A DNA stretch of 64,000 bases from Candidatus Magasanikiibacteriota bacterium (GTDB lineage Bacteria; Patescibacteriota; Patescibacteriia; Magasanikbacterales; GWA2-37-8): positions 16,272-80,271 of the forward strand of contig JACPGS010000019.1 in assembly GCA_016189025.1 (NCBI GenBank), read 5' to 3'. Shown here one piece after another: positions 63,417 through 64,000 of the stretch (its first letter is position 1; each line of letters begins with the position of its first letter). The position numbers and the translations under genes are program-made. The notes beneath the pieces were generated by a model. It made no database searches and was not told the DNA's origin. It worked only from the letters and a program-made list of their open reading frames with translations.

Positions 63417-64000
63417 AAAGATCACTGAAGATTGGCATCGGCTTTTTTACGGTTTGGGGAGTAATTAACTTTGCCTTCTTTTCAATTATAGTGGTTAACT
63501 ATTTAAAAGAAGATTGGGAAGACTGGCGAACTACCCCTAAGGTAAAGTTAGCAGCAATACCGCCTGCGTCTGCATCACAAGTTTCTTCGTCTACGGTAGT
63601 CCAGCCGGTAGTAGAGCCGGTTGAAATTACCCATTTGTCTAGTTCCGATTTTGAAAGATTGACATTGAGTGAGAAAGGAGAACCGTTTTATTATTTGCAT
63701 TTCAAATTACAGCCGGTTACCTACCAGGGTAAATCAATGAAATCTTTAAAATTTTCTCCGCTTCGGGACAAAGTTGGTTTTCTTTATGAATCTTCTAATT
63801 ATGGAATTGCCGAAGATCGGGCCTTGGTTGCTTTAGACATCAAGACCAAACGTTTTATCAAGGTTTATCAAGGGACCTTTCGCACGGGGTCCTGGAAGTG
63901 GGAAGACAATCACACAATCATTGTTTTGCAATCGTGTGGGACGCATTGTTTGCTTGCTTCACGTCGCGACGCCGGCACCGGTAAAGAATTGGCTTTTTAT
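63413..64000 (+). CDS. Hypothetical membrane-anchored protein, 3' end beyond the window
   Basis: ATG at 63413 overlapping the upstream stop (ATGA). TM helix 'IGIGFFTVWGVINFAFFSIIVV'. The frame is open to the window end. Confidence 0.4.
   Translation, partial: MKRSLKIGIGFFTVWGVINFAFFSIIVVNYLKEDWEDWRTTPKVKLAAIPPASASQVSSSTVVQPVVEPVEITHLSSSDFERLTLSEKGEPFYYLHFKLQPVTYQGKSMKSLKFSPLRDKVGFLYESSNYGIAEDRALVALDIKTKRFIKVYQGTFRTGSWKWEDNHTIIVLQSCGTHCLLASRRDAGTGKELAFY

Noticed and set aside
1-64000. tRNA, rRNA or CRISPR array in the window
   Set aside because: No GTTCGAATC/GGTTCGANTCC T-arm motifs in plausible cloverleaf context. No rRNA-like stretches. No regularly spaced direct repeats with unique spacers. 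The only periodic repeats are the 8-bp ×4 and 11-bp arrays described.

Overview
This 64 kb window looks like a chromosomal segment from an uncultivated bacterium with mosaic base composition. Housekeeping genes are GC-rich (about 55-65% GC) and are interleaved with AT-rich accessory islands (about 35-40% GC).

Recognisable housekeeping genes are: two tandem 2,3-bisphosphoglycerate-independent phosphoglycerate mutase paralogs (the first cut by the window start), valS, tyrS, arfB, argS and a Glu/Leu/Phe/Val-family (leucine-type) dehydrogenase.

Accessory content:
- An AT-rich island at 9.8-12.5 kb encodes a NYN-nuclease-like protein, a small membrane protein and a SIR2-like (SIR2_2/ThsA-type) protein. 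This is a candidate anti-phage defense cassette.
- An RHH/MazF-like toxin-antitoxin pair sits at 15.6-16.2 kb.
- A 1073-aa lipoprotein built of about 20 cysteine-rich NCGxCGxxC repeats.
- A roughly 30 kb locus (26.2-56.2 kb) holds four giant secreted proteins of 1131, 1566, 1770 and 2994 aa. Three of them carry 2-3 copies each of an unrecognised ~190-aa module followed by a carboxypeptidase-regulatory-like domain. Some copies are about 90% identical at the nucleotide level.
- Within that locus, one giant has a transglutaminase-like core and an AT-shifted C-terminus followed by a SUKH/SMI1-like ORF, which suggests a polymorphic toxin and its immunity gene. Another combines S8 subtilisin, M23 peptidase and FG-GAP repeats.
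- The same locus also holds an overlapping PaaK-like adenylase/ThiF-E1-like pair and three tandem lipoprotein paralogs.
- Further downstream are a nitroreductase-like gene, an IS transposase remnant, an O-methyltransferase, two tandem 7TM sensor kinases and a SleB-like hydrolase.

The window also contains several families of small palindromic repeats. One is a MITE/RPE-like element inserted in-frame in valS, with a second intergenic copy. I found no rRNA, tRNA or CRISPR array.

All calls rest on reading the sequence and remembering family motifs. No database search was run.
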